Positions 41,417 through 56,282 of a DNA stretch of 64,000 bases are shown here, one piece after another (positions within the stretch are counted from its first letter, which is position 1; the number at the start of each line of letters is the position of its first letter). Origin of the DNA: Octopus vulgaris (Eukaryota); NCBI GenBank assembly GCA_951406725.2, contig OX597831.1:48856001-48920000 (forward strand), written 5' to 3'. The translations under genes were made by a program, and so were the position numbers. The notes below the pieces were generated by a model, which ran no database searches, was not told where the DNA came from, and saw only the letters and a list, made by a program, of their open reading frames with translations.

Positions 41417-43863
41417 GAAGGGTGGTAAGCTGGCAGAATCATTAGCATGTCAGACAAATGCTTAGCAGCATTTCAACCATCTTTACATTCTGAGTTCAAA
41501 TTCTGCCGAGGTCAATTTTGCCTTTCATCCTTTCAGAGTTGATAAAATAGGTATCAGTTGGATACTGGGGTCAATGTAATTGACTTACTCTCTCACCCAA
41601 AACTGCTAGCCTTGTACCAAAATTTGAAACCATTATTATTATTATTGTTGTCATTGTTAAGGTGGTGAGCTGGCAGAATCATTAGCAGTATTTCCTCTGT
41701 CATCACGTTCTGAGTTCAAATTCCACCAAGGCCAACTTTACCTTTCATCCTTTCAGGGTTGATAAATTAAGTACCAGTGAAACACTGGGGTCAATGTAAT
41801 TGACTAGTCCCCTCTCACAAATTTTCAGGCTTTGTACCTTTTGTAGAAATGATTATTATCATTGTTGTTGTTGTTGTTATAAAAAACTGAAGCTTCTTAA
41901 ATCAGATTTTCAATTGTTCAAATAACTGAAATAGCAAAAACATAGAATAATACAAAATATATACACTCTACACTATGTATTGAATACCTTTTTCCCTGCT
42001 TATAAACCCAAATGTTCACCAATCCATATTCATACATATATGTATATGTTAGTATGTAAGTACTTATGTGTTATGTTAGTTATAATTTTCAGAACTTTTA
42101 TTTTACTAAAGCAAGTGTGACAGCTTCTTCATTTCAAGTCCAAGGCTGGCTTAATTGTAAAACTATTGCAGCTTATGACAAGCTTTGTTGTCAATGTGTT
42201 GTCAACATGTTAACCAGTTCTAGAGCAACGCTGCTGGCTGCATATTGTAGATACACATTATATGTATGTATGTATGTATGCATGTATGTATGTATGTATG
42301 TATGCATGTATGTATGTATGTATGCATGTGTGTATGTATGAATGTATGTATGTATGTATGTATGTATGCATGCATGCATGTGTGTGTGTGAGTGTGTGTG
42401 TGTGTAATCAAAAATATATTAAAAACAATGGCAGGTGAAAGAGCAACAAACAGGGTGTATGAGTTTAACGCTCAGGAAAAATGAAAGAAGTTTTAATGTT
42501 TCGAGTTTATGCTCCTGTGATGAGACAAAAAAGATAAAGAGAGGGAAAAAATGGAGAGAAGGAAAAAACGTGTCTGAGTTAATGATTACTACATGTTGGA
42601 CTTACATACACACACATACACACATGCATTTATTTCATCATCTTTTTTCACAGCAGTCACAAACTGGATGTGTCTATTCACCTCCAACAATAGAGAGCAG
42701 TCACCATATTTCATTCCATAACAGCTGTCTCTGAAGAGTGCAGGGTTACATAATCAGACTGTAACCTAGCACTCCATTGAATCCCTAGCACAAAATAGAT
42801 TGGTAAGATCAGCCTTAATGGATATATAATACTGTACACTTTGATTAATATACATACATACATACATACATACACACATACATGCATGCATACATACATA
42901 TACATACATATACATATAATAAAAAATATGTTAATATATAAATATACACAAATAATGTATATCTGTGTGAGTGTAAGTGTGTGTGTGCATAATACACTAC
43001 ATATAGCTATATATAACTAGAAGTAGACAAAATGTTCTCCCCCAAAGTTAGCCAACTTGAAATAGCAGTCAAATTTCTCTTCCTTGTGTCATGCCCTACC
43101 ATCATTAAAAATCAAAAGGACACATTGGATAATGCAATTCTTGATAAACTATGCCAAATAAAAGAAAAGAATTGACACGGATGAAAGAGGTTTGTTTTAA
43201 TCAGCAGTCTGCTCAATCGCAGCACTGACCTGAGGTTAAACACTAACCACAATAAAAGAAAACAACAACATCTCTTGTCATGAATTCATTAACTTCAAGT
43301 TGAAGACACAGTCATTAAGGAAAAAATAATTGATTGAGTTTAATTACAAAATCTATAAATTGGCTGTTACTGGCATTTAAATGTGTGTGTGTGTATTATG
43401 TGTGTGTGTGTGTTATTATATTTATGTGTAGATATGTGTATTTGCATGTTTGAGTGTGCTTTTGTGTTATGTTTGGTTCATTTGAATATGTGTCTTTGTG
43501 TATGTATGGCTGTGTGTTGTTATGTGTCTATGTATGTTTTTGTGTGTATATGTGTGTTTTTGTGCATGCAAGTATGTTTATGGTCCATGGGACTGCATGT
43601 GTGTGTGTGTGTTCGAGTGTGTGTATATTTGTGTCTGCTAGTGCAATGTTGCATGTATTAGTAATAATTTTTACATCTTTTTTTTGTTTTTTTGTTTGTT
43701 TTTTTTTTTGTTAAAGACAGCAAACTGGCAGAATTGTTAGCATGCCAGGGGCAAAATACTGAGCAGCATTTCATCCATTCTTATTTTCTGAATTCAAATT
43801 CTGCCAAAGTCAACTTTGCTTTTCATAAGTACCAATCAAGTACTGCAATCAATGTAATATGTA

Positions 43864-43986
43864 CGAGGGGTGTATGAAAAGTCTTGAGCCTCAAGAAAAC
43901 AAAACATGGGACAAGACTTCTGGTGAAGGTACCAGACTTCAAGGCTCAAAGGCCTTGAAGGCTCAAAACGTTTCATACACCCCTTG
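43864..43986. mobile_element. Mariner-type MITE
   Basis: TA-CGAGGGGTGTATGAAAAGTCTTGAGCC ... GGCTCAAAACGTTTCATACACCCCTTG-TA. Confidence 0.88.
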
Positions 43987-44233
43987 TATGTATGTACATT
44001 TATGTGTACGTGAATGCATATATATACATAAATCCTACAAGAAATATTTATGTTTTTACTTCTTCGATTTTTTTTTTTTTTTACTTTTAAATTGTTTATA
44101 CGACTTATTAATAAAGTGCCATCACTATTGTTCCTACTACTTACTAACATTACATTCTGCAATATGTCATTTCTCTTAGAACAGTAGGATGTGATCTGAG
44201 GGATATTTGGCTGCTACTTTTTAGCAGATAAAA

Positions 44234-44418
44234 CAGCACTCCACAAACTTTTTTCACTTGCGGTACACTTATATTCTTTTCAAAATTCGGTGGCACACCT
44301 GAACTAGAAATATAACTTAAGGTATAGGAGGAAAATCATATCCAGGTTACACTGCAGCACACCTAGCATTGTCTCATGGCACACCAGTGTGCCACAGCAT
44401 ACCAGTTGTGGAGCACTG
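44234..44418. mobile_element. hAT MITE
   Basis: TIRs CAGCACTCCACAAACT / AGTTGTGGAGCACTG with a degenerate 8-bp TSD AGATAAAA/AGATGAAG. Confidence 0.75.
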
Positions 44419-44732
44419 AGATGAAGGGTTCCTTATGTTAAGGGAGATAATTCTACATGGTCACAGTCCAGGGAAGGAAGAATTTTATATAGTTGGAGAT
44501 AGGGAGACATTTGACAACAGAATGAGAGTCTTTGGTTTACTGGTAAGGATGCATAGTTTGTTGGTTGTCAAATGATAAAGGAATCACTAGGAAATACGTG
44601 TGTAAACCATGAAGCTTTAATAGAAGAGACATAGAGCAAAGAGACAAAGACTTGTTATTGTAGTATTTGTGGGATGAAAATGTATATGTGCTTGTATATA
44701 CATGGTTATGTGTGAAAGGGCTTGGTTTAGTC

Positions 44733-45341
44733 CAATGTTTCTCAACCCTTTTTTCAGCTATGGACCCCTTTGCTTCCTGTTTTACTCAGATGGACCTTCA
44801 TAGCTACATGCTGTTTAAAAAAATCATATATTTTTCTCGCCTTACCAAGATGTCAGATGATGCCCGTCAAGATGCTTGCTTTTTCCAATGCCTTAGCCTC
44901 GCCATCGCCCATAGTAATGTCATGATCATATTGGCTTGCATCAGTAAATTCCGTTGAACCTTATGGAGTTTGACCAATAAGGCACTTGTTGCTACATTGA
45001 TGTTTTTTCTTTCTCCTTTTTTTGCTTTTCTTTTGTAAAATATATTCCTTTTCACTATTTTAAATGATGTAAGTTTAAGCACAAACATTTAATTAACATC
45101 ATACAGTTATTGACTGTATTATACTAATGTAAATTTATTTGATAAATTTAATAAAATTAAGTGTGGCAAATTGCTGAAATAGCTGCCAAATCTCAAAAAA
45201 ATATTATTAGGAATTGTATTAAAAATTGATAAAATATTTTGTAGATTGTAGAATTTTAACCAATTCATTGCAGATAAATTTTAACTAGAAAATCTTATAT
45301 GAATGCCCAGGGGTGATATGGACTCCTTTTGAGAACCACTG
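44733..45341. mobile_element. hAT non-autonomous element
   Basis: TIRs CAATGTTTCTCAA / TTGAGAACCACTG with degenerate TSD GTTTAGTC/GCTTAATC. Confidence 0.7.
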
Positions 45342-46042
45342 GCTTAATCAAAAGCATGTGACTTTGTGTGTAGAGTATCATATATCATTTAGTTCCAATT
45401 TTGGCTCCTGGACTTCATTGTGTCCTTGAACAAGGCATTTCATTACAATGTACTCTCCAGTCCACTCAGCTGTAAAACGTGTACCAACCTAGTGCTGGTG
45501 CATCTTTGTTGTTCCATTGGGTCATGGATGAAAGGGCCAGGAGAATATCACCAATGCATACACACACTTACTAAAGACTATACCAGCACTTTAGCAAGAG
45601 CATAGTAAATTACCATGACATACTTGCTTCTGAGCATCACCTATACCTACCTTGCTTGCCTGTCACTATATATAAAGTCTGTGTGTGCTTTGTTGTGGTT
45701 GTTGCTGTTGTTGTCAGCTCCCAAAGTTATCGCTGGGTACTATTTTATATTAGAAAGTAAATTAGCAAGATTGGTAAAGACTTAGTACTTAATTTTGTTC
45801 CTTTAAATTTCTCAGTTCAAAAGTCAACTTCTTTCATCTTTCTGGGAGCAATAAAACAAAGTATCAATTATGAGACTGATTTAATCCACTATATACCTCA
45901 TCCAAATTTTTGAGGCCTTGTGCCTTTGCTGGAAATCTACACAACAGACTCTATAAAGGGGGTTCCATAAGAATATTTCTATGATCCCATCTCTGTTTAA
46001 TTTGCTTGTATATTGTTGTTGCTTTAACTTATGACAATAATG

Positions 46043-46076
<34 letters not shown>

Positions 46077-46488
46077 TGATAATGATGATGATTTCATTTA
46101 TTTGCCACCAGGGTGAAGGATGAAGTGGATAATACAAAACTGACATAAAGTGAGGCTGTTTACACATAAGGAAATGATAAAACAATTGCAGCACTGAAGG
46201 TGTTTATAAACCATTTAAGAAACACACAAAAACCGTTAGATTCACTTCAACATTTAAATTTAATTTGCCAAAATATTTTCGTCGCTTTGAGATTGCAACC
46301 TGTTCACTGACAAAATTCAGTGCTGCAATTGTTTTCGTTCCAGCACACGATCTCAGATCAGGTCACTTGCTATGCAAGTACATCTCTATAATGATAAAAT
46401 AAATAAACTAAAACAGAAGAGTAAGTATATACAGTATACAATGGAAAGGAAGGGAAACATACAAAGTATACAAAGGTTAAAAAAAGAA

Positions 46489-46550
<62 letters not shown>

Positions 46551-46569
46551 ATAATAAAATATACACTCC

Positions 46570-46812
46570 TCTTAAGTACGAAATGATCTGGCTACAGAAA
46601 GTGAAGAAGGTGTAGATAATACCAATTATTGTTGGTCTTCAGGGTCTGTGTCAGACGGCATCAAGAGGAATATAAAGAAAATTGGAATATAGAGGGCCCA
46701 GTGGAGCTCTTACAAAAGGTTTGCCTCCTAGGCACATCCAGAATAACCAGGAAAGTATTTGATAGTCGAAAAGAACAGATAGCATGGTACTATAGGCAAC
46801 AAAACCTGAGTT
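46570..46812 (+). mobile_element. R4/Dong-like LINE 3' end
   Basis: LKYEMIWLQKVKKV.IIPIIVG...VELLQKVCLLGTSRITRKVF, ending in (CAA/TAA)n. Confidence 0.8.
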
Positions 46813-47044
46813 AACAACAACAACAACAATAATAATAATGATGTTAATAATAATAATAATAATGATAATAATGATTTCATTTATTTAACACCAGGGCGAA
46901 GGATGAAGGAGGACAATACAAAGACAGACATAAAGTATGGAATAATAATAATAATAATAATAATTTCCAACTTGTTGTCTCTTGAGGTTTCTGGGTGAGA
47001 CTTGGAGCCAAATTGTACAAATGTAAAGCAAATGTCAAACATAA

Positions 47045-47089
<45 letters not shown>

Positions 47090-47093
<4 letters not shown>

Positions 47094-47520
47094 GGTGCCC
47101 TGGGAATGATAGCTGTCATAGGTGCCCTGGGAATGTTAGCTGTCATAGGTGCTCTGGGAATAAGATAAGACTAAAACAATACCTGTTGTCATAGGTGCCC
47201 TGGGAATGATAGCAAAAGGGGCTGACAACTACCTAACTCAGATACCAGGAAACCTCAAAATGGCAGAAATTCAAAAGATAGTGCTCATGGGAATTGCTTA
47301 TATCCTACGCAAATACTTTCTATGTAATCTCAAGTTTTAAAACAAACTTAATTTTCTTTTTTTTTTTTTTAGGCATTCACTAGTACAACACTAAATACAA
47401 AACCAAATATATGGCACACTAGACATAACAACAATACGAACTTCCAACCTGTTGTCTCTTGAGGTCTCTGGGTGAGACTTGGAGCCAACTTGTACAAATA
47501 TAAAGCAAAAGTCAAACATA
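47090..47520 (+). mobile_element. R4/Dong-like LINE 3' end with 5' tandem duplications
   Basis: TIPVVIGALGMIAKG...EIQKIVLMGIAYILRK plus 3' UTR, bounded by (TAA)n. An isolated 3' UTR copy lies at about 46965-47045. Confidence 0.85.
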
Positions 47521-48324
47521 TAATAATAATAATAGTATTTTCTGTTGTAGGCACAAAGCCTGAAATTTTGTGTGTGTATATATATATATGAGTGTGTGTG
47601 TCAATTACATTGATCCTGGTACTCAACTGGTACTTGCTTTATTGACCCCAAAAGGGTGATAGGCAGGGTTGATCTCAGCAGAGTTTGAACACAGAATAAA
47701 TGCTGCTAAGCAATTTATCTGGCATGCTAACAATTCTGCCAGCTTGCCATTTTTTAATAATTTTAGCACAGGGCCAACAATTTGAAGGGAGGGGACCAGC
47801 TGGTTGCATCAACCCTGGTACTTGACTAATACTTTATTTTATCAACCATGAAAAGCAAAAAAAGGTTATAATGAAGATGATAATAACAATCCTTTCTACT
47901 AAAAGCACAAGGCCTGAAATTTTGGGGAAGGCGACTAATCAATTACATCAACCCCAATATTTCACTGGTACTTAATTTATTGACCCCGAAAATATGAAAG
48001 GTAAAGTTGACCTTGGTGAAATTTGAACTCAGAACATAAAAAAACAGATGAAATACCAGTAAGCATGTCAACCAGCTTGCTAATGGATTTTCCAGTTCAC
48101 CGCCTCACTACTTTAATTATTAATAATAATAATTGTTTCTACTATAGGCACAAGACTGGAAATTTGGGAAGGGGCTAGTCAATTACATTGACCCCAGTAC
48201 ACAACTGGTACTTATTTTATTGACCCCTGAAAGGATGAAAGGCGAAGTTGACCTCAGCAGAATTTGAACTCAGAACATAAAAGCATTTTACCCAGCATGC
48301 TAACAATTCTGCCAGCTCACCACC

Positions 48325-48364
<40 letters not shown>

Positions 48365-49018
48365 TGATGATGATGATGATAATGGCACTCAAATTCACTA
48401 AAGCTGAAATATCAATTTTTAAAACATTTCCACATTTGAAAAAAAAATAACCAAAAATCTCCGGAGAATTTACATTGAGAAATTTATATTGTAATATATT
48501 TGAGATTGTTTACAGTAAATTATCATTGGATATTTCATCAGCATTTATCATTGTATACATACATATAATGTATGATATATTTAACAATATCAAACTCTCC
48601 ATAAAATATTTATTTTTTAGAAGACTATATTCAAATTAAACGTTGATATATGATAGCTGGCCCAGTATACCGATAATCATTTGAGTTATGCTTTGATTCT
48701 ATGTGCTAGTTCATAGTCACAGAATGTTCATTGTCCCATAAGCATTTTATGCTAACCTTTTGCCAATGCTAAATCCTATTTTGGGAATCATTCATCTCAC
48801 TTTCGGAGGTGTACTTTCCTGGAAATTGATGCTGTTCTCAGATTTAATCTGAGAATAGCCTTTTGAAACAGAATCAATTGCATTGTTGTAGAATAATGTC
48901 AATAGTAGCCTTTTGAAACACACACATTATTACATACATACGTGCATACATACACATATGTATATACACACACACATACACACACACACACAAATACATA
49001 CATATATGCATGCATACA

Positions 49019-49088
<70 letters not shown>

Positions 49089-49167
49089 TATATAAAAGTA
49101 TACACACACACATATGTATGTGTGTATATATCATATATATATGTGTGTGTATCTATCTATCTATCTA

Positions 49168-49203
<36 letters not shown>

Positions 49204-49367
49204 CAGGGGATCATATATTTGAAAAAGAAACATACTCTAAAGTATAGTGCAGTAATGTATTTTACCTGCAGATAAATATATGTCCGGTCATAGAGTGACC
49301 AATGGTTGCACATCCATATTATTATGTGCATATACTCACAGATATATATCTATATATATATGTATAC

Positions 49368-49419
<52 letters not shown>

Positions 49420-49645
49420 GTGTATGTATGTATGTATTTTTATTGTGCAGTATATATAGAAAACATATACAGCCAATGCTTATAACACCATGTGATTATA
49501 GAGTGGGTGTCCTATTTGTGAAGAGAAGTATAATCTTTCTGTAGTTAACCATCAATAATGGTTAACAGAGAGTGTATTGAGCAAAGAAGAATGGAAATCA
49601 TATTTTTTGTTTGATACATTCTTTGACATGAAAATTTGTGTCATG

Positions 49646-49803
49646 TAAGGAATTGCCTCTCAATCAGATTACATCATCAAACTATTAGAAGTCATATAAC
49701 AAATAGGAAAAATAACCTTAAGCAACTATAGTTATTTTTTTTCTATTTGTTATACTTTCTCTGATGATTTGATGATGTAATCTGATTGTAAGGTAATTAC
49801 TTA
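49646..49803. repeat. Degenerate palindrome
   Basis: CAATCAGATTACATCATCAAA...TATAACAAATAG / CTATTTGTTATA...TTTGATGATGTAATCTGATTG. Confidence 0.8.
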
Positions 49804-49882
49804 TAGAAAGGAAATTGCCAATAATGAAATGTGTGTAATAATGTATTGAATAAATGTAAAAGCTTATCTCTCCATTCATGAT

Positions 49883-49917
<35 letters not shown>

Positions 49918-50122
49918 TGTATATATACTTATATATACACATAACTTCATTAACTTTTGTTCTTTTTGTAATCTCATTATGTGTGTGTGTGTACATATAT
50001 TTGTATGTATATACATACATACATACATACATACATACATACATACGTACATAATATATTAGTATGTGTTTACACATAAAGCATTTATTTTATGATTGAG
50101 TTATGGCATCAGTGTGCACATA

Positions 50123-50175
<53 letters not shown>

Positions 50176-50202
50176 AATCTCTGAGCAAGATAAACAGTAG
50201 CA

Positions 50203-50462
50203 TCGTGAAGTACATTTGCCACCTAAATGTGGCTAACCCTTAAGTGTCGATGCTACTGTAGCTTGTAGCCCCAGGAAGACATCTCCAGCTAGCTATTGAC
50301 GCACTATCTGTGCCCTATCAGTATGACTTCCCTTTGTAAATGCTGATAGGGCACAGACAGTATGTCAATAGCCAGCTGGAGGAGATGTTTTCCTGGGGTT
50401 ACAAACTACAGTGGCATCGACCCTTAAGAGTAAGCCACAATTAGGTAGCAAATATACTTCAC

Positions 50463-50464
<2 letters not shown>
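50203..50464. repeat. About 260-bp foldback palindrome between (TA)n tracts
   Basis: TCGTGAAGTA...CTGTGCCCTATCAG / CTGATAGGGCACAG...TACTTCACGA. Confidence 0.88.
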
Positions 50465-50505
<41 letters not shown>

Positions 50506-50751
50506 TTATACTAGCTGTATTTTAATTTGCAACACAGTTATACAAAATATATTAAGTGCCAAGACCTATCATATACATCTCAGACCTGATTACTGAAGCA
50601 CTCTGTTCCAACATAGAGTTAATAGTAAACGCAGTGAATATAACTGTATATAGCTTCTTAGTTTCTCAGTCCACTCTGGAGTCTTATTCTTTCTCTCTTG
50701 TCAGATATGTGTGTATGTGTGTGCTTTTACACACACACACACACACACAAG

Positions 50752-50783
<32 letters not shown>

Positions 50784-51068
50784 CACATAATCCAAATGAT
50801 AAGAAGAAGACAAAAAAATTCTTTAACTCATCTTTAAAGATGTGTTAGAATTTTCTTCGTCTTCTTACCATTTGAATTATTTATTCATTGCCAAACCTTC
50901 TTTAGAGTGTGATTGTCATGAAACCATTGATTTTCTACACCTGAGGAATTCTGGCTATAGCCTGGAACCTGACAGTGTTGATAGCCCAGTATTCAGGTCA
51001 AGTGCTTTTCTGGAAATACTCTAACTTTGCATCCTACCAAGACCTTAGATTTTTGCTATATATACAGG

Positions 51069-51130
<62 letters not shown>

Positions 51131-51967
51131 AGTATATATATATATAGGTCTATTATAGTTTTATTAACTTTTTTGTTTTTGTGGCATTTACTACATTGTC
51201 ATTAAATATATTAATGGAATACAATGTAAAGTATTCCCCTATGTTAATGTTTAACCCTTTAGTTACTGTAATCCTGTTGAAATACACTGCCTTTGCTTCA
51301 ATTAATGTTTGTTTTGTTTTGCTTCTTAAATTATGAAGACTTTATTAAGATATATTCGTCATTATTAAGTTGATATTGGAAGATAAATTTACATGAGATT
51401 CCTAATGAAATGCTTTAATTTTGATCACTTTGAAACTAAAAGAATGGCATAAAATTAGGAGTACTCTCAGACAAATTGGCAGCAAAAGATGTTAAGAAAG
51501 AATTTAAAAACATAAGTTCATGTATAGGATTTGGTACAACTATATATGTGTGTATGTATGTGTTTTAAAAGTATTTCACTACAATGATGCAACTGATTCT
51601 TCTTATCATTTCTTTAATAACACTTATATATAACTGAATTCTGAACAATTTTGCTCTTAGTTTCTAGTTAAACATATGTCTATTGAACTTGTAACTTTCA
51701 ATAAAATCGTTATTTAATTCAAAATGATTGCTTTTTTAAAAAAAATAATAATACAATGTTTATTTTGATATTTAAACTATGGAAAAAAAAAGTAAATATT
51801 AAAAGGTTAATAACATTGATTATGGCAATAATTGCAATAAGCACTTATTCCCAAATGAGACAGTGGGCAGGGGGGGAGGATTCAGTACTGTTATCTACAA
51901 AATACAATATCAGGTATGCATACATATCTGTGTGTGTGTGTGGATATATATATATATATATATATGC

Positions 51968-52094
<127 letters not shown>

Positions 52095-52102
52095 CATACA
52101 TA

Positions 52103-52188
<86 letters not shown>

Positions 52189-52737
52189 TGAGATGCAGAT
52201 GCAGCTTTGTGATTATGAAGCTTGCTTCCCATGCACATGGTTTCAGGTTCAGTCCTACTGTGAAGCACCTATAGCTTTGGACAAACCAAAGATTTGTGAA
52301 TATGGATCTGGTAGACAGAAACTGAAAGAAGCCCCTCATATATATATATATATTTATATAGATAGATAGATATATGCATATATATATATATATAGACATA
52401 TGTGTATTGTGTGTGTGTGAGTGTATATACGCTTGTGTCTCCTTGTTTTGATATGGCAGGATAGTAATAAATGAGTGATGGAAATACAAGAAGTGTCAAT
52501 CATTTTCAGTGTCCTGGAAACAGGTGGTGGTTGCTAACAAGAAGTGCATCCAGGCATAAAAACATCTGCCTCAATAAACTCCGTGTGACCCAGGCAAGCA
52601 TGGAAAAGTGGATGTTAAAATGATGATCTAAATGCGTGTGTGTGTGTGTATATATATATGTATGGATATGCTTACATAAATGTGTGTGTAGAGAGAAAGA
52701 GAGAGAGAGAGAAAGGAAGAGAGAGAGAGAGAGAGAG

Positions 52738-52806
<69 letters not shown>

Positions 52807-52807
52807 C

Positions 52808-52946
<139 letters not shown>

Positions 52947-53867
52947 TATATGTATGTGTATATGTATATGAATATGCTTACATAAATGTGTGTGTGTATG
53001 TGTGTGTGTGTGTGTGTGTGTGTCATTTATTTGATCTTCTTTCAGACCCAGTCGTTTTGCTTTTGTATGATGCATAATGCATTGTCTAAATGTATAAGAT
53101 TGCACACACCATTGATAAAAACAGACTTTCATGATTATTCATTCAAGAAGCCAGTACCTCGTATCGTGAACCAACCACTAACCCATATCCATCAGCATCT
53201 TCATCACCCGGCAAGAATAATGGACAAAAATATAATTAGTCACACATTTCCTTCTTTCTGTATAACGGTATAACGGTATAGCATCAGGTAAAAGGGTTAA
53301 AATGAATTTTTTTTTTTTTTGTTTCTTCTCGTTTCGTTTTTCTTCAGTTGATGTCTTCATACTTGCATATAGACAAAAGCACAATATATTACAATGGAAA
53401 GAAGTCTATCAAAGCTATTTTTGTTCAGTGTTTTTTCCAAAGATAATTTCAAGTAATGGCTATTTCCAGTTTAATATCCCTGAAACATTTACAATACTTT
53501 AGTCACTAAACTGTAGTAAGAGATAAATGGAAAGAATTATTATTACCCATCATAAGAAATATGCTTTAAGAAGTAGAGTTGTTTTGAAAGTAGGATTACT
53601 TTTATTCCCTTCTATATTCCTTGTAGTTGTTTTTTTCCTAAATGCTAATGTTTCTTATCATTTAATGATACTCAATACTCATAACTTTTGTTCGATATTC
53701 CTAGTACTATGTATTAATATGTACCATGAACTCTATGGCATAATTCTATACAAATAAAATAGTATCTATTGTTCTAAGACTAAACTATTTGCAACTAAAT
53801 ATAACTTTATTTCTATCCATATTATAGATATATAGATATATACATACATATATTAACATACACACAA

Positions 53868-53918
<51 letters not shown>

Positions 53919-54358
53919 TAATATAGATATATATATGCAAGATGAATATTAATGCATGATCATGATAGATGAGTCATGTGAAGATTGTACATACAAACAT
54001 TTGCACAGACACAAACATGCATTTATACACATATGTGAGTATATGTGTGTGAGTGGATGCACATGTGAAATGCACGCACGCACACACACACACATATTTT
54101 ATCAAGTCATATACTTAGTGCATATGTTCTGTTTATGTGCTCATTAGCTGTGGGATAGCATCATAAGGAAAAATAGCTTTAAGATACCATATGTTAAAAA
54201 ACACTAAATACCTCAAACCTGGCTCAGACAACTCACCCTAGGGGTGATCAAGAATGATGGATATCAATATTTCATTGTATTTAAAGCTTGTTGGTATCAT
54301 GCACTTAAACCACCTCGGAATGAATTGCAATCATTAGTCTGAGGTATACCTGCAAATA

Positions 54359-54894
54359 TTAGGTTGAGGGAAAAGTTCATGCACTGTTTTAAAATCATGC
54401 TTTTTTATATATATTTCTGTGGTGTGTTCATTCATTCAGTTCATGTCATGTTCAATGGTGACACACTGTGTGTGTATCCAAGACTTGTTTATCGAAAACA
54501 CGCTTTGTTTCAACAAGACAATGGAAAGCCACATACAGCCAGAAAGACCAGCAACAAGATTGAAGAATTGGATGGTGTGGAAATTCTGCTACATCCAGCC
54601 TATAGTCTGCACGTTGTTCCATCTAACTATGATCTCTTCTGATCAATGCAGCACTTTATGAAAGGTCACTGATGTGAGTCAGTCGATGAAGTTGAAGAAG
54701 CCTGTCAAGAATTCTTCAATTCAAAGCCGAAGGATTGGTACTTTGACCAAATCCAAAAGCTTGCAAATCCTTGGCAGAAGGTCATGGAAAATGATGGTCT
54801 TTATTTTGAAGAACAGTTCCTGTTGTTTTTAATAAATTTTTGCATAGAAAATCAGTATTTTAACACGGTGCACAAACATTTTCCTCAACCTAGA
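54359..54894 (+). mobile_element. Internally deleted mariner (DD34D type), C-terminal transposase fragment
   Basis: TIRs TTAGGTTGAGGGAAAAG / TTTTCCTCAACCTAG. Encodes FQQDNGKPHTA...HPAYSLHVVPSNYDLF. Confidence 0.9.
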
Positions 54895-55197
54895 AATATA
54901 GAGTCTATCTGCTGATGTGCTACAGAGGTGCACAAGTGAAACAAAACTGAATTTTGAATTATAAACAGCTCTAACTACTTTAGACATGATGCCTGAAAGA
55001 TTTGGAGAGGGGACAAGTCAATGTCACTGAGCCCAGTTTTTGACCAATTCTTCTTATTTGACCATACTGAAAGGATGAACGACAAAGTCAACCTTGACAA
55101 AATTTTAACTCAGAGTGTAAAGACAGGCAAAACGCCACTAAACATTTTGTCTGACCTACTAGAGATCAAACACACACACACACACACACATATATGT

Positions 55198-55239
<42 letters not shown>

Positions 55240-56113
55240 ATGTATATGGATAGATATGTAAGTATGAATATATATACATAAGTATATGTATAAATACATA
55301 TGTAAATATAATATATATATATAGGGAGAGTTTACGAAAAAAAAAAAGACGAAGACAGGTGGTGTACAAAACAAACAGATGTAGTAGTATAATGCTCAGG
55401 AATAGAAAAAGTCTTTTACGTTTCGAGCCTACGCTTTTCTACAGAAAGAGACGCAGAAAACAAGGAGAGAAAAAAATGTATGTAGTGGCTAACGATCTAT
55501 GTATATATATATATATAGGTATGTTGGTGAAAACAGGTAAAATAGAACTCAAAATATGAGCATATGTATATTTTTGTTAATATTTAGCAGAAATAACAGA
55601 GTGACTCAAGGTCCAAGATTTTCGTGCATTGGCACTTATCTTTGTGTGTGCGTGTGTGTGTGTCATACATATATATATATTTATGTATATAGTACATACA
55701 CGTATAGATATATAGATGCATGTGTGTGTGTACAAACATATATATGTATACACACACACATATCAAGTGATCTACTGAGACATACAGTTCAGTTATGTAA
55801 GTATTAACAAGACAAAACTTTGTAGGATCTTGGGATTTTTTCTCAACTTCCAGAAACATGTACAATTCATTATCAAAGATGTTTAGTCTGTGTTAATCAT
55901 ATGGAAAATTTTATGGAAACCCACTATTCGGAAAATTCTAGAAATAACTAAAAAAAAAACAGAAAATGAAAATAGCGATTGCCTTTTTATTAATAATGAC
56001 TGTGAAGGATTAAATATTTATAAAATTTCTATTAAAATATCTGTATGATATTTGCTAAATTTGGATTAATGCAGTCAAGGAAATTATTAGCTATTAAAGT
56101 AAAAAATGATATT

Positions 56114-56151
<38 letters not shown>

Positions 56152-56183
56152 TGGTAATAATGATGATGATGATGATGATGATG

Positions 56184-56229
<46 letters not shown>

Positions 56230-56246
56230 TGATGATGGTAATAATG

Positions 56247-56282
<36 letters not shown>

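Noticed and set aside
41100-41860. CRISPR-like regular array
   Set aside because: These are tandem SINE copies separated by (TTA)n in a eukaryotic context, with no cas genes.
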